From IMG/VR virus record IMGVR_UViG_3300021511_000007, positions 1,191-65,190 of that record: a stretch of 64,000 bases of DNA. One strand, given 5' to 3'. Position 1 is the first letter of the stretch. Each line of letters opens with the position of its first letter. The stretch comes from a virus. Taxonomy: Duplodnaviria > Caudoviricetes. The notes under the pieces were generated by a model. The model searched no databases and was not told the origin of the DNA. It worked only from the letters and a program-made list of their open reading frames with translations. This document shows positions 19,412 through 28,950 of the stretch, piece by piece. A program made the position numbers and the translations under genes.

Positions 19412-20878
19412 TTATCCATAGCCTCTTCGGGGTTCTTCCGGGGGATTGCGCCAATCGTCGGGGTCCAATACTGGCTCGTCGGGCGATTCAGCATGTCGCT
19501 CCTCCGGGGTTTCCAGCCACATGCGTTTTTTTACGTACATTGCGGCCTGGCTTACAGTATCGGCATAATCGGCTGACGGCGGATCGCCCTGGGGGAACGC
19601 CGCAACCCAATTAATTACTTTCTTTGCCCATTTTCGATCCGGATACCAGACCATTCCCGCTTGAAATAGTGTGCTCGCTAAATGCGCTCTTTGCTCTTTA
19701 TCCCCGTATCGCCCCGGCTCAAATCCACGTACAGCAATATTCGCTCGGCGCAGTTCTTGCAATAGTGAAGCACCAGACGCTTTCTTCTCAATCAATGAGC
19801 AATTCAGCTTTTTTTGTATATGATGCTCTTTCGCGTCTTTCCTCAGTTTCGGAAACCCAACCTGTCCATTCCATGCGCCCAATAGCATCATGTGATGGAG
19901 TTTCGTTATTGGGTCTTCAAAAATCCCCCACGTAGTGCGTGCCGAATGAGAGGATTTGCTTGTATCGTCTTTGTCGCGGTCCTTTTCCGTAAACGCCGTA
20001 TCGTAACTGGCGAATTCATGGATACACAGCGGGAAAGGGGTGTCCTTCGGCCACATCTGCCACCACTTTGCTTTTATTATCGATGCCGATTCGTCCCTGA
20101 TTTTCCAGTTGCCTTTCTTCAGCCGCTCCCGCTCAATTGTTGGGAGCGCGTTGAGATTAGCGAGATAGCCCGGATCAGCCCGCATTAATACTTTATTGTC
20201 TTCCAGGCTGGACTGAATGAAAGAGAAGCTCTTCGGTTCTCCTGATTCAGGAAAGTCTTTTTTCAACTCATTGGGGTCATCCGCCCAATGCAACACATCA
20301 TTCACACGAACAAAATAGCGAATAACGCCGCTGCGCTCCGGTATTGCGTAGCCGGTCGCGTCATTGATCCACCAGCCAATCAAATCAGCGATAAATGAAT
20401 CAGGATCTGGATTGCATGTTGCGCGGACATAGGGCCGAATGCCAGACGTTGAGCGATTGCGGGAAAGGAGATACCAGAACTGCTTTGGCGTGAAATGAGT
20501 CACCTCATCGAACATGAGGAGCGGGATTTCCGAGCCCTGCCAGTCGAGTGCGTTTTTCTCGTATTCGAGATGAGCGAATGATATTTTAGCGCCGCTCGGG
20601 AATCGCCATTCCAGATCCCTTGATTTCGCGCCGCAGTAAGGGTAAATGTTTGCCGATGCATCCCAAAGCCCTCCCTCACTCAGCACTTGTTTTGTTGTCC
20701 GGCGGAATATGACCGCGCCGAAATCTTTGTTTTTGACGTGCCTGAGAGGCTCGATCAGCAATGACCAGGTTTTTCCGCCCCCGGCTGCTCCCCCGTAGAT
20801 TACGATATCCGCCGAACTCGTTAAAAACTGCTCCTGCGGTCCATGCTGCGGACGAATAATTTTTTTACTCTCTTCCAT
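19412..20878 (-). CDS. terL: Terminase large subunit (488 aa)
   Basis: Walker A 'YGGAAGGGKT', Walker B 'LMFDE', coupling motif 'ATCNP', nuclease motifs 'SYDTAF', 'IEKKASG' and 'DYADTVSQA'. Confidence 0.95.
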   Translation of the reverse strand: MEESKKIIRPQHGPQEQFLTSSADIVIYGGAAGGGKTWSLLIEPLRHVKNKDFGAVIFRRTTKQVLSEGGLWDASANIYPYCGAKSRDLEWRFPSGAKISFAHLEYEKNALDWQGSEIPLLMFDEVTHFTPKQFWYLLSRNRSTSGIRPYVRATCNPDPDSFIADLIGWWINDATGYAIPERSGVIRYFVRVNDVLHWADDPNELKKDFPESGEPKSFSFIQSSLEDNKVLMRADPGYLANLNALPTIERERLKKGNWKIRDESASIIKAKWWQMWPKDTPFPLCIHEFASYDTAFTEKDRDKDDTSKSSHSARTTWGIFEDPITKLHHMMLLGAWNGQVGFPKLRKDAKEHHIQKKLNCSLIEKKASGASLLQELRRANIAVRGFEPGRYGDKEQRAHLASTLFQAGMVWYPDRKWAKKVINWVAAFPQGDPPSADYADTVSQAAMYVKKRMWLETPEERHAESPDEPVLDPDDWRNPPEEPRRGYG

Positions 20879-21401
20879 TGTCCGGGAGATACACGGTTAT
20901 TCCAACGTCAGCGGATTCCGCTGGCGCGTCCAGGTTATATACGCTTCTCAGCGGCCCATACAGTCGAGCAAACGACCCACTTACACTATTAATCGCATGG
21001 GCCTGGTCTTTCGCCGACGGCTGCTCACCCGGATCCTCTCCCCGCTCCAACGACTGCTCTGTCGCGACCCGTTCGCCCGCCTGCATCGTGATCTCCAGCA
21101 GCCGCTCAATATTGGTCCGCTGACGCACAATCACGGCAGCGGCCTGATCGGATGCCTCCTCTATGATCGCATCATCTCTATCCGCATCCGGATGCGACAC
21201 CATCAGAGCCGCAATTTTAGCTTTTGCGCGAGCCCTGACCTGGGCCGACAGGTCCCGCGTCCAGCCACGTCGCTTGGCGAGCCCGCTCAGTGCTGCCGGG
21301 CTGATTCCGTGCTTCCTCGCCACGGTAGCGGCAGACGGCACGCCAGCGCGAAAATCAGCCTCAAGCTGTTCAATATCCTTAACTTTTGTCGGCCTAGCCA
21401 T
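20865..21401 (-). CDS. terS: Terminase small subunit (178 aa)
   Basis: N-terminal HTH ('S...VARKHGIS...AKRRGWTRDL'); C-terminal 'VYLPDNGRE'; overlaps terL. Confidence 0.85.
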   Translation of the reverse strand: MARPTKVKDIEQLEADFRAGVPSAATVARKHGISPAALSGLAKRRGWTRDLSAQVRARAKAKIAALMVSHPDADRDDAIIEEASDQAAAVIVRQRTNIERLLEITMQAGERVATEQSLERGEDPGEQPSAKDQAHAINSVSGSFARLYGPLRSVYNLDAPAESADVGITVYLPDNGRE

Positions 21402-21620
21402 ATGCTATGTTAATGACGCGGTTCATAAACATTCGTTCGTAAACATTCCGAAGTATAACCTTTCCCTTATCCAAGTCAACCAACCCATACCAAATCCCTT
21501 ATGCCACACCGCCGGACATACCATTTTCTTTATACATCGCAGTCAAATCATAAACAAATACTTATGCCTCGATCATAATCATTTGCTTATGATCCTACCG
21601 GAAACAATAAAAAATCGTGA

Positions 21621-21649
21621 TTTTACCCGGACAACATGTCCGCTATAAT
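21621..21649 (+). promoter_or_regulatory. Sigma70-type early promoter with embedded operator
   Basis: TTTTAC-N17-TATAAT (-10 at 21644-21649); inverted repeat CGGACA-aca-TGTCCG (21628-21642) in the spacer. Confidence 0.55.
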
Positions 21650-21699
21650 TACAGTGTGGGTTGTGGATGGGCCACAGCCCGCTACTGGAGACGATCGCT

Positions 21700-22029
21700 A
21701 TGAAAGCAACCCCCGCAAAACTAAAAGACGGCTCCTGGGGGGCCCGCATCAAATCCGAATCCGTCGAGATCGGCGACTCCGTGACAATCACCACCCGTAA
21801 CGGAAAGTCCTGGGACGCAACCGTTTCCCGCGTCCTCTGGCACCGCGACGGCGTGAGCCTGGTCGCCACGAAGAGCGCGCCTCGCAGCAGTTCCGGCAAC
21901 CGCTCTCACAGCCACAGCACCGGCAATGCTGAGCCTGGCTGCTCCCACTGCCGCTACATCCCCGGAGTGCGTACCGCGCAGATCTGGGAGGACTGCGAGT
22001 ATTGCGGCGCTGAGCCGATCTATATGTGA
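21700..22029 (+). CDS. Early hypothetical protein with C-terminal Zn-finger motif
   Basis: GGAG RBS; MKATPAKLKDGSWGARI...; CSHC and CEYC motifs. Confidence 0.65.
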   Translation: MKATPAKLKDGSWGARIKSESVEIGDSVTITTRNGKSWDATVSRVLWHRDGVSLVATKSAPRSSSGNRSHSHSTGNAEPGCSHCRYIPGVRTAQIWEDCEYCGAEPIYM

Positions 22030-22092
22030 CAGTCCAGCCCTGGGCCCCTACCGGGGGCTCAGAGATGTACTGACACACAACTGGAGAACAAG

Positions 22093-22542
22093 ATGAACGT
22101 AAGATTCAGACCACAAACCGAAACCGCTTCCGGCCGCCGCAAAGGCTGGATGAAGCACGTCACGGCATGTGACGAGACGAAAAACAACGGATATGCATTC
22201 GACGGCGAATTTCTCTCCGATGGAAGAGAAATTGAATTGCCGGTTGGCTCAATCATTATCCGGGTTGACCCCCAGGGCAGTGTCAAAAATAATTGGCAGT
22301 CCGCCCATGCGCTGCGGCTGGAAATAGATGGAAAATTGACCGAACTGACTCCGGGTGCCGATGCGGATCTCTACCCAGGCTCACCCGGCCTGGATTGGCG
22401 AGACGATTTTTTATCATTCAGGGATATCGTCTGTGCAGCTCTCCGCGCAGAATCCCAGGTGCCGGCGGATAACCCGCTGGCCGGTTTCTCCGATGCGGAT
22501 TTGCTGGCGGAAATCAGCAGGAGGAAATTGTCATGCGCATAA
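22093..22542 (+). CDS. Early hypothetical protein (149 aa)
   Basis: GGAG RBS; 'NGYAFDGEFL' motif; C-terminal 'NPLAGFSDADLLAEI.RR'. Confidence 0.7.
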   Translation: MNVRFRPQTETASGRRKGWMKHVTACDETKNNGYAFDGEFLSDGREIELPVGSIIIRVDPQGSVKNNWQSAHALRLEIDGKLTELTPGADADLYPGSPGLDWRDDFLSFRDIVCAALRAESQVPADNPLAGFSDADLLAEISRRKLSCA

Positions 22543-23315
22543 AAACCACAGCCGACGGCCGGGAAGTCACAGTCGAGTCTGGATTCGTCTGCCTCGCAGG
22601 CAAACGAGTCACGGACAGGATCACCCCCATCCCGCAACGCCTCAAAGCGCGGGCACCCGACGCCGAGTACCTCGCCGGCAACATCGGGCTCACCCTGGAG
22701 CAGGGCAAGCTCGCAAAGGCAGAGATCCGCACCTACAGGGTGAAGCGCGCTGCCGAGGAGCTGGCCCGGCTGATCGCCGAACAAGCAGACCTGCCCCGCT
22801 ACAGGGTGCTCATCCGGTCCGGTAGCTATCTGATGGACACTGCTATCGCTACCGTGGTTGCTGCGCCGTATCGCGTCCAAGCGCGATACAGAGACGATTT
22901 GCGCGGTCACATTGTGGTGCCCGCGGCAAACAGCGTAGCAGCAGGGAGCGTCATGTCCGCCGACAGCCCCACCGCTCGCTCCATCTCCTGCCGAGAGGAC
23001 TGCGGCCTGATGTACGGCCCCGGCGAATCCCGGATGTGGCTGATCGGCCATGCGGAAGAGGCCGCTATCGTCTCAGAGTGCCTGACGGCACGCAGAGCTC
23101 GACAGGAAAAGCAGGTCACCGCCGAGAATGAGGCGCGAGCCAAGCGCGACACGGTTTTCGCGGAAGCAACCCGATCCGGGAAGCGGCAAATCCTGGATCA
23201 GTGGATCACGGACGAATGCACAGATCCGACCGAGATCGATTGCAGCTTCGATGCCGCGACCAGCTGGGCCATGCCGGACGGCTCAACAAAAACAACTTAC
23301 CAGCATTGTCATTGA
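22533..23315 (+). CDS. Early hypothetical protein (260 aa)
   Basis: AGGAGG RBS; C-terminal 'C.D...DCSFD...AMPDGS......HCH'. Confidence 0.7.
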   Translation: MRIKTTADGREVTVESGFVCLAGKRVTDRITPIPQRLKARAPDAEYLAGNIGLTLEQGKLAKAEIRTYRVKRAAEELARLIAEQADLPRYRVLIRSGSYLMDTAIATVVAAPYRVQARYRDDLRGHIVVPAANSVAAGSVMSADSPTARSISCREDCGLMYGPGESRMWLIGHAEEAAIVSECLTARRARQEKQVTAENEARAKRDTVFAEATRSGKRQILDQWITDECTDPTEIDCSFDAATSWAMPDGSTKTTYQHCH

Positions 23316-23326
23316 GGAGCTGCATC

Positions 23327-23485
23327 ATGAACGCTCTCGACGACATTTTCCTTTTGCTGCTCTACATCGGCGGATTCCTCGTCATCCTGATCCCCGCCGC
23401 CATCGTCGGCGACTGGCTGGAAGCGCGGCACCGTCGCCGCTCGCTGCCGTACAGGCTCATACGCGGCCGTAGGGGGCGGCCATGA
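23327..23485 (+). CDS. Small membrane protein
   Basis: GAGGAG RBS; one hydrophobic helix followed by a basic tail. Confidence 0.5.
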   Translation: MNALDDIFLLLLYIGGFLVILIPAAIVGDWLEARHRRRSLPYRLIRGRRGRP

Positions 23486-23718
23486 TCCATCCCGAACAAA
23501 CGTACCGCCACCCGTCCGGTGCCGAGGTACGCGCCCTCCTGACACGCCTCGTGCTCACTCACGCGACAGCGGCCCGGCTCCTGTCTCTGGACGAACGCAC
23601 GATCCGGCGGTATGTACGCGGGGACACAACAATGCCGTATCCCGCAGTCCACTGCCTGATCTCGCGCCGGGCCGGTGTTTCGGTCCAGCCCGGCACCTGG
23701 CGAAGTGCATTGGACTAG
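23482..23718 (+). CDS. HTH DNA-binding protein (78 aa)
   Basis: 'LTHATAARLLSLDERTIRRYVRG...MPY' XRE-like HTH. Confidence 0.7.
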   Translation: MIHPEQTYRHPSGAEVRALLTRLVLTHATAARLLSLDERTIRRYVRGDTTMPYPAVHCLISRRAGVSVQPGTWRSALD

Positions 23719-23904
23719 CCACCAGGAGGCCGTCAGCGGATGCTGGCGGCCTCCGTGCTCGCAACTCACCCCGATATGAGCGCCCCCTCCTCGCGGGCGC
23801 TCCCTGAGCACCTCGACACCTCCCGCGAATCGACCGCCGATGCGACAGGAATAGGGCGTTTCCCGCCTATTGTTGGGAACCGACATATTCACCTTATTTA
23901 TCAT

Positions 23905-24520
23905 CGGCTGAAACGCACTATCCTAAAGTGTTTCAGCATTGTTTCAGGGTAACCCCATGATTACAAAGGGCTGAAACGCTTGAAACGCTTGAAACGCAAA
24001 TTCGAGCCTAGTGCAGGGGCGCGCGCACACCCCCGCGTGTATAGGCTCTTGTTTTTTTGTTTCAAACGTTTCAAACGTTTCACTAACACATAACTCATTG
24101 AAATAGATATATATATAGGGGTGTTTTGCTGAAACAAGCCTGAAACGTTTGAAACAAAACCTTACTTATTGTGTGGTTGAATGCGAATATAACGTCATGT
24201 TTTGTGCAAAACCCATATATTAACCAGAAATATCTACAGATTATCTATGGAATAGCTGCTAATCACCCATACACTAACCATGCGTTACCAGCATATCATG
24301 CCCACAATATCTACCAATTATCTCCATAACGTCACCTGACATTTTGGCAGATACGTTTGAAACGGTAATTCCGGGCGAAAAACGTTTTACACCATGGGTT
24401 TTTTGTTTCAAACGTTTCAGAGTGAAACGTTTGAAACAAAAATTGAGGTGCTGATTTGTTTTTCATGCCCGGTTTTCGTTTCATACGTTTCACTGGCGCA
24501 TCGAATTCGATGCGCCAGTG
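23905..24520. repeat. Putative replication origin: TGAAAC(G)/GTTTCA iterons, AT-rich core and palindromes
   Basis: Many TGAAAC/GTTTCA copies in tandem and inverted orientation; 20-bp perfect inverted repeat at 24400-24442; 30-bp perfect palindrome at 24491-24520; non-coding and just downstream of the helicase gene. Confidence 0.6.
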
Positions 24521-24808
24521 GTGTTCCGCCGCGACAGGGAAGATTCGTGGGTGACTCCAATCGATGCGGCTGTAGCGCGGTATTATGAGGTGCAGTAATG
24601 CATTGGATGCCGGTTACGCTTCCGGCGCTGGCGTTTCGGCCCAGCCGTTCACTCGATGCGCGCTTCAGGATTTCTCCTGGCCTAGTCCCCATCGACGATT
24701 CTCCCGCCCATTTTGTCGGTCCAGCTCATGGGCTCGCTGTGGTATGCACCGCTTTCCCGCACCGTCCGGTAGGCTGGGTTTTAGGGTGCCCCAGCCAGCA
24801 CCCAGCAG

Positions 24809-26554
24809 CTACCCCTCGCCGGGTAAAAATACCAACGCATCTATCGACACATACCGAGAATACACCCCTGCAAACCGCCTACCGCTATTGCCCTGCTGAG
24901 CCCCGTCTATCCGTCTCAGGATATGCCCCCACCCCACAGACCACGGTGTTTTTTCTAAGATCTTGCGGAGCCCGTCATGCTTGTTCGCGACCAGCACCCG
25001 GACACCATCCGGCTTGATCCCGACTCTTTCGAGAGCATCGATGGCTTGTGCGGGCCACACATCATCGGTTCGCTGGCCATTACACAGCTCGACCAGTTCG
25101 CCAATCGACCGGCGATAAACCTTCTTTTCGCTGGATACGTCGATCTGCTGGGCCATGATGGCCGCGATCAACTTGTCCTCGTCGTTCTCCGCCTGGACAT
25201 CTCTCACATCCCCGAGGAGGCCATCTAGGGCCGCCACCTTCTCGGCCGCCCTCTCGGTCGTCACTCTGCCGGTAGAGCCCAGGAGCCATGCTCCTGCTAA
25301 TAGAGGCCCATACTGATCCCCTATCCGCTGATTTCCGAAGTGCACGCCGACTGCGCGAGCGAACACCCTGGCGTTGTGGCGCAGCACGTCCAGATTAGCG
25401 AACACCCGCGCTCGCAGCCGACCTGCCCAGTCGCCATCCTCCAGGGCCGCCACCAGCGGCTCTATCTGCTCTGTGAAGCGAAGCTTGTCGGTAGCGGTGT
25501 TGCGCTTCAGGCTGAGCACCGTTACGCGGTTCTCGTCAGCGGTCTGCTGGAGCGGTACCCGGATTGCGATCAGGCAGAACATCGACCTAATGGAGTACGA
25601 CTGAGCCATGCCGTCCGCCCCACCCTTTAGGATGTTTCCGCCCACCTCTGCAGACGCCTGACGCATCAGCCCGAGTACGCGCTCCATATTGGCCGCGGTA
25701 CGCCGGTCCTCGCCCTCAGCCTCGTCGAATGTGACCGGCAGCGCATCGTGCTGCAGTGCTTGGCGCAATCCAGCTTCCGTGGTTTCGCCCTTGGCGGCCA
25801 CGACGAACTCCCCCAGGATGCGTTGTATCACATGCTCGCCGACCCATGATTTGCCGCACCCGGACGGACCGGTGAGCATGATGTGCGGACGCCACTCCAT
25901 GGCGCCGCAGACCAGTGCGGAGACTACCCAGCCGGCCAGTAGGGTGCCGTACAGCGGGTTCTCCCAGTTCAACGCGGCGCAGAGCTTCAGCAACTGCCGT
26001 GCTTCCGTGTCACTCGCACGGGCGTCCATGCAGAGCGGCAACGACGGGAGCGCCTCGTACACGTACCGCGACTCGATGTTGTCTACCTCCACCCGCTCGC
26101 CGTCAACCAAGAGGTGGTCGCCCACATGGACTACTGTCCGGTCATCGTCCCACCACGCTCCGCGGCCACGCAGGCGGTCCATGCGAAATACCCCGCAGCC
26201 GAAGCACGCAGCCAAAATTGCATTGACGGCCATGTCGACCGCGGAGCCCTTGAAGCCCACCTCGGATGGGAACTCGCGCTCCCACCACTGGAGCGGCGCA
26301 AGCATAAATAAGTTGGGCTTTTGGGCGAGTTTCGCGGCAGGAAAATGGATGACCTGCCGACCGCGGGTAGTGATGAAAAAGAACCGGTCTCGGTAGTGCC
26401 CAAGGGGGCGAAAATACTTCTCCGCCCCGTCAAGACCCATGTTGGCCTCGGTGTCGTGGTCCTGACGGGGCTTCTTGCCGCGCCTGGAGTTGATGTATGC
26501 GACTTCGGCAAGCTTGGCAACGTCGTCGTTGCCGGGGGGGGGTGAAGTGGGCAT
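24809..26554 (-). CDS. Replicative P-loop NTPase/helicase (primase-helicase family, no clear primase domain; 581 aa)
   Basis: Walker A 'GPSGCGKS', Walker B 'VTFDEAE', 'RGRGAW.D' motif. Confidence 0.8.
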   Translation of the reverse strand: MPTSPPPGNDDVAKLAEVAYINSRRGKKPRQDHDTEANMGLDGAEKYFRPLGHYRDRFFFITTRGRQVIHFPAAKLAQKPNLFMLAPLQWWEREFPSEVGFKGSAVDMAVNAILAACFGCGVFRMDRLRGRGAWWDDDRTVVHVGDHLLVDGERVEVDNIESRYVYEALPSLPLCMDARASDTEARQLLKLCAALNWENPLYGTLLAGWVVSALVCGAMEWRPHIMLTGPSGCGKSWVGEHVIQRILGEFVVAAKGETTEAGLRQALQHDALPVTFDEAEGEDRRTAANMERVLGLMRQASAEVGGNILKGGADGMAQSYSIRSMFCLIAIRVPLQQTADENRVTVLSLKRNTATDKLRFTEQIEPLVAALEDGDWAGRLRARVFANLDVLRHNARVFARAVGVHFGNQRIGDQYGPLLAGAWLLGSTGRVTTERAAEKVAALDGLLGDVRDVQAENDEDKLIAAIMAQQIDVSSEKKVYRRSIGELVELCNGQRTDDVWPAQAIDALERVGIKPDGVRVLVANKHDGLRKILEKTPWSVGWGHILRRIDGAQQGNSGRRFAGVYSRYVSIDALVFLPGEG

Positions 26555-27006
26555 TACGCCTTTACTCCTTTCCGCATCGCGGCATAATAAAGATCGCTGC
26601 GTTGCTGGTATGTTTGTTCTGTTTTCTTATTCCACCATTTCGACCGTGGCATGACGCACCACATCAGGTCACCAATATCCTCTTGCGCCCTATTTGTATG
26701 CGGCCAATCATCTTCTCCGGCGATCCAGTGAAATGCCACGGGTGCAGTGGTAGCCGCGATTTCAGCCGCCAGTCTCATTGCGTTCCTGGCTGGTTGGCTC
26801 ACGTAGGTACGCTCCACCACGCTCACGGGCACGCCCGCACAGAATGACCAATCATACTCGCCTGGCTGATACTCCCCCGGCCGGACACATACCGCGCTGT
26901 CCGGCCTGCGCCCCCAGTCATCGCCGAACAGCACCCATATGCGCGGCGGGTGGTAGCCTCGGTCGCGCTCGGCGCGGATCTGGCGGGCGTAGGGAGGCAG
27001 TTTCAT
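26554..27006 (-). CDS. Hypothetical replication-module protein
   Basis: MKLPPYARQI...YDWSFCAG; coupled to the helicase start. Confidence 0.6.
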   Translation of the reverse strand: MKLPPYARQIRAERDRGYHPPRIWVLFGDDWGRRPDSAVCVRPGEYQPGEYDWSFCAGVPVSVVERTYVSQPARNAMRLAAEIAATTAPVAFHWIAGEDDWPHTNRAQEDIGDLMWCVMPRSKWWNKKTEQTYQQRSDLYYAAMRKGVKA

Positions 27007-27018
27007 AAATTCACCCAT

Positions 27019-27087
27019 AAAAAAACCCGGCATCGGGTAGCGGCTTGACCGGGAGGGCACCCCCTCCCCCGCTACTCGATACCGGGT
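27019..27087 (-). terminator. Long stem-loop followed by U-tract (terminator/attenuator or small RNA)
   Basis: Minus-strand 19-bp stem ACCCGGTATCGAGTAGCGG / CCGCTACCCGATGCCGGGT (one G-U pair, one mismatch), inner hairpin, then a T run. Confidence 0.6.
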
Positions 27088-27324
27088 CGTGTGTGTTTTA
27101 GTACAGCCATTCTCCGAATCAGGGTCAAGTCATCATCGGTAGGCATGTTCATTGTAACGCATATCGGTGGTAATGGCTGGCGTTATGCGTATCATTTAAT
27201 CTTGCGGCGATATCTCCGCTTGCTCTTTTCTAGCTTCCGTTCCATTTCGATGTTATCGAAACAAAAAGCTGGTATGCAGCCATTACGCTTTCCATATTCC
27301 TTGCGCATCCAATTCACCCATGCT

Positions 27325-27453
27325 CTATATTCTTTCGGTGCTTTCATTCGCCTCCACCTTTATCGCGTGGTCCGGGCGCTCGATCTCACCGCGAATCGCC
27401 AACATCAGCATCACGCTGGATTGAACTCCCGCACCAAGGGACAAAAAAACCAT
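27325..27453 (-). pseudogene. N-terminal stub of a PAPS-reductase/PP-loop-like phage protein
   Basis: GAGGAGG RBS, then MVFLSLGAGVQSSVMLMLAIRGEIERPDHAI, ending after 42 aa where the family normally continues (FADTG). Confidence 0.6.
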
Positions 27454-27502
27454 GGCGATTCCTCCTCTACCAAGGGATTGTGGTTATGCAGTCAACACTC
27501 GT

Positions 27503-27877
27503 CTACCTCGGCACATCCTCAACCCCCCGCACCACGGCAAACACCCCGCCCCGGGTCTCGACATGTGCGCCAAACCGCGCCTGCTCGGCAGTAACGCGGC
27601 CCTTTGGGGCCTTGACCTCCAGCGCGAGGAACACGCCGACGGTCCGACCGACCATTTCGGGGGTGATCACCACGGGCCGTATCCCAATCAGGTCCGACGA
27701 GCCTTTGGCCAGACCGAAGCGCACCGGCCGAGCGTCGATCAGGAGTAGGTCGCGCCCCTGGCGCCGCACGTCGCGCCCCTGCCATGCGACGCCTGTATTA
27801 TTGCGCCACACGGTATCGCCCTGCTCAGAGCATGCCAGCATGACATCTCGCTGGATGTTGGATTCGGTTGCTGCCAT
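27503..27877 (-). CDS. VRR-NUC domain nuclease
   Basis: 'WRNNTG...GL.KGSSDLIG...ALEVK...GR....Q..F' PD-(D/E)xK VRR-NUC signature. Confidence 0.9.
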   Translation of the reverse strand: MAATESNIQRDVMLACSEQGDTVWRNNTGVAWQGRDVRRQGRDLLLIDARPVRFGLAKGSSDLIGIRPVVITPEMVGRTVGVFLALEVKAPKGRVTAEQARFGAHVETRGGVFAVVRGVEDVPR

Positions 27878-27911
27878 TTTTGGCCCCTCTGTGTTTGATT
27901 TTCCATGCTGG

Positions 27912-27967
27912 ATCAGACGGTTACGTGGGTAATCGTTTTATGCGGAGCTGCATAACGCCCGTTAACC
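27912..27967 (+). mobile_element. attI-like site heading cassette array 1
   Basis: 52 bp 51/52 identical to 33066-33117, with identity ending at GTT; layout TGCATAA-N5-GTTAACC. Confidence 0.6.
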
Positions 27968-28189
27968 AGCCCGCGTATTCCATGCGGTCACAGCTTCTTC
28001 TGGTGTAGCAAAATCGTCTGTTTCTGGCTCAACTGCGCATTCTGGATTTACACATTTCGCAGCCTCCCTGTTATCCCCGCAGGCAACGACTAGAGCGCCC
28101 CTGCCGCAGAATGGGCAGGGTAACAAAGCAGTCAACGCGGACGCTTCGCGTCCTGCGTCGTCTGCTGTTTCGGTGTCTTGTTCAGCCAT
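27962..28189 (-). CDS. Lar-like restriction-alleviation Zn-finger protein (inverted cassette gene)
   Basis: 'LLPCPFCG...C...C...EEAVTAWNTR'; start lies inside attC 28118-28239; stop is the TAA of the GTTAACC core. Confidence 0.75.
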   Translation of the reverse strand: MAEQDTETADDAGREASALTALLPCPFCGRGALVVACGDNREAAKCVNPECAVEPETDDFATPEEAVTAWNTRAG

Positions 28190-28239
28190 TGCCGCAACCT
28201 CGAGTTTAGGAGTAAGCGCCGGTTACCGCAACGTTAGGT
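28118..28239 (+). mobile_element. attC-like site
   Basis: GGGTAAC-aaagcagtcaacgcggacgct...agcgccggttaccgcaac-GTTAGGT imperfect inverted repeat. Confidence 0.75.
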
Positions 28240-28300
28240 GCAAAAAAAAATAATTACTCACCGTGTAACGCAAGAATAAAAAACGCTACGGTAAGGTATA

Positions 28301-28900
28301 TTGAATACAATGACACCATTAGAATCAACGGCCGCAGGCCATTTAATAAAGAAGCTGCTTGATCGGGTGCTGGAATATCCAGCCCACATTGCCTTAATGA
28401 TTTTGGCCAGTCTTCTCTCACCCATTCTGGTTTGGCTAAAATCCCAAGGATTAGCAATTTGGATACCGGATACAGTGCCAACATGGCTACTAATATTGTT
28501 ACTTCTACCAACATTTGTTGTACTCCATGCTACTTATAAAAATCTAAAAAAATATACGGGATTTGAACTACTGCACTACACAAACAAAGATATTTCTATG
28601 ATCCCCAAGGGGATTAAAGTTTATCTGACCATTCATCCTAAATTCGATATTTTAGACCCTGAAGATATTGTTTGTGAAAAATGCGACATGCTTTTATCGA
28701 AAAACATCGTACATGAACATCCAAATAATCCTGATGGCTGGTCCTGTTTATTTTGCGAATTAAACATTACCGGCGATGAATACAACAAATCTACAGAGGT
28801 GGCTAGAAACTTAGCTATCGGTTACTTCTATAAAACAAGACATCGAATGCCCGGCATCAAAGATCCGGTGACATTAAAGGACATAGACCCTAATCAATAA
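28301..28900 (+). CDS. AT-rich cassette gene: TM helices plus C-terminal CxxC/CxxC Zn-ribbon
   Basis: Two hydrophobic helices, CEKC and CLFC; conventional integron orientation. Confidence 0.75.
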   Translation: MNTMTPLESTAAGHLIKKLLDRVLEYPAHIALMILASLLSPILVWLKSQGLAIWIPDTVPTWLLILLLLPTFVVLHATYKNLKKYTGFELLHYTNKDISMIPKGIKVYLTIHPKFDILDPEDIVCEKCDMLLSKNIVHEHPNNPDGWSCLFCELNITGDEYNKSTEVARNLAIGYFYKTRHRMPGIKDPVTLKDIDPNQ

Positions 28901-28950
28901 ATACACCCGACATCCTTCGTCGGCGGCTGAAGCAAACGCCAGGTATGTAA

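Noticed and set aside
27940-27970. dif/Xer site
   Set aside because: GCTGCATAA resembles a XerC arm, but no TTATGTTAAAT-like XerD arm follows, and the sequence after GTT differs between the two copies.
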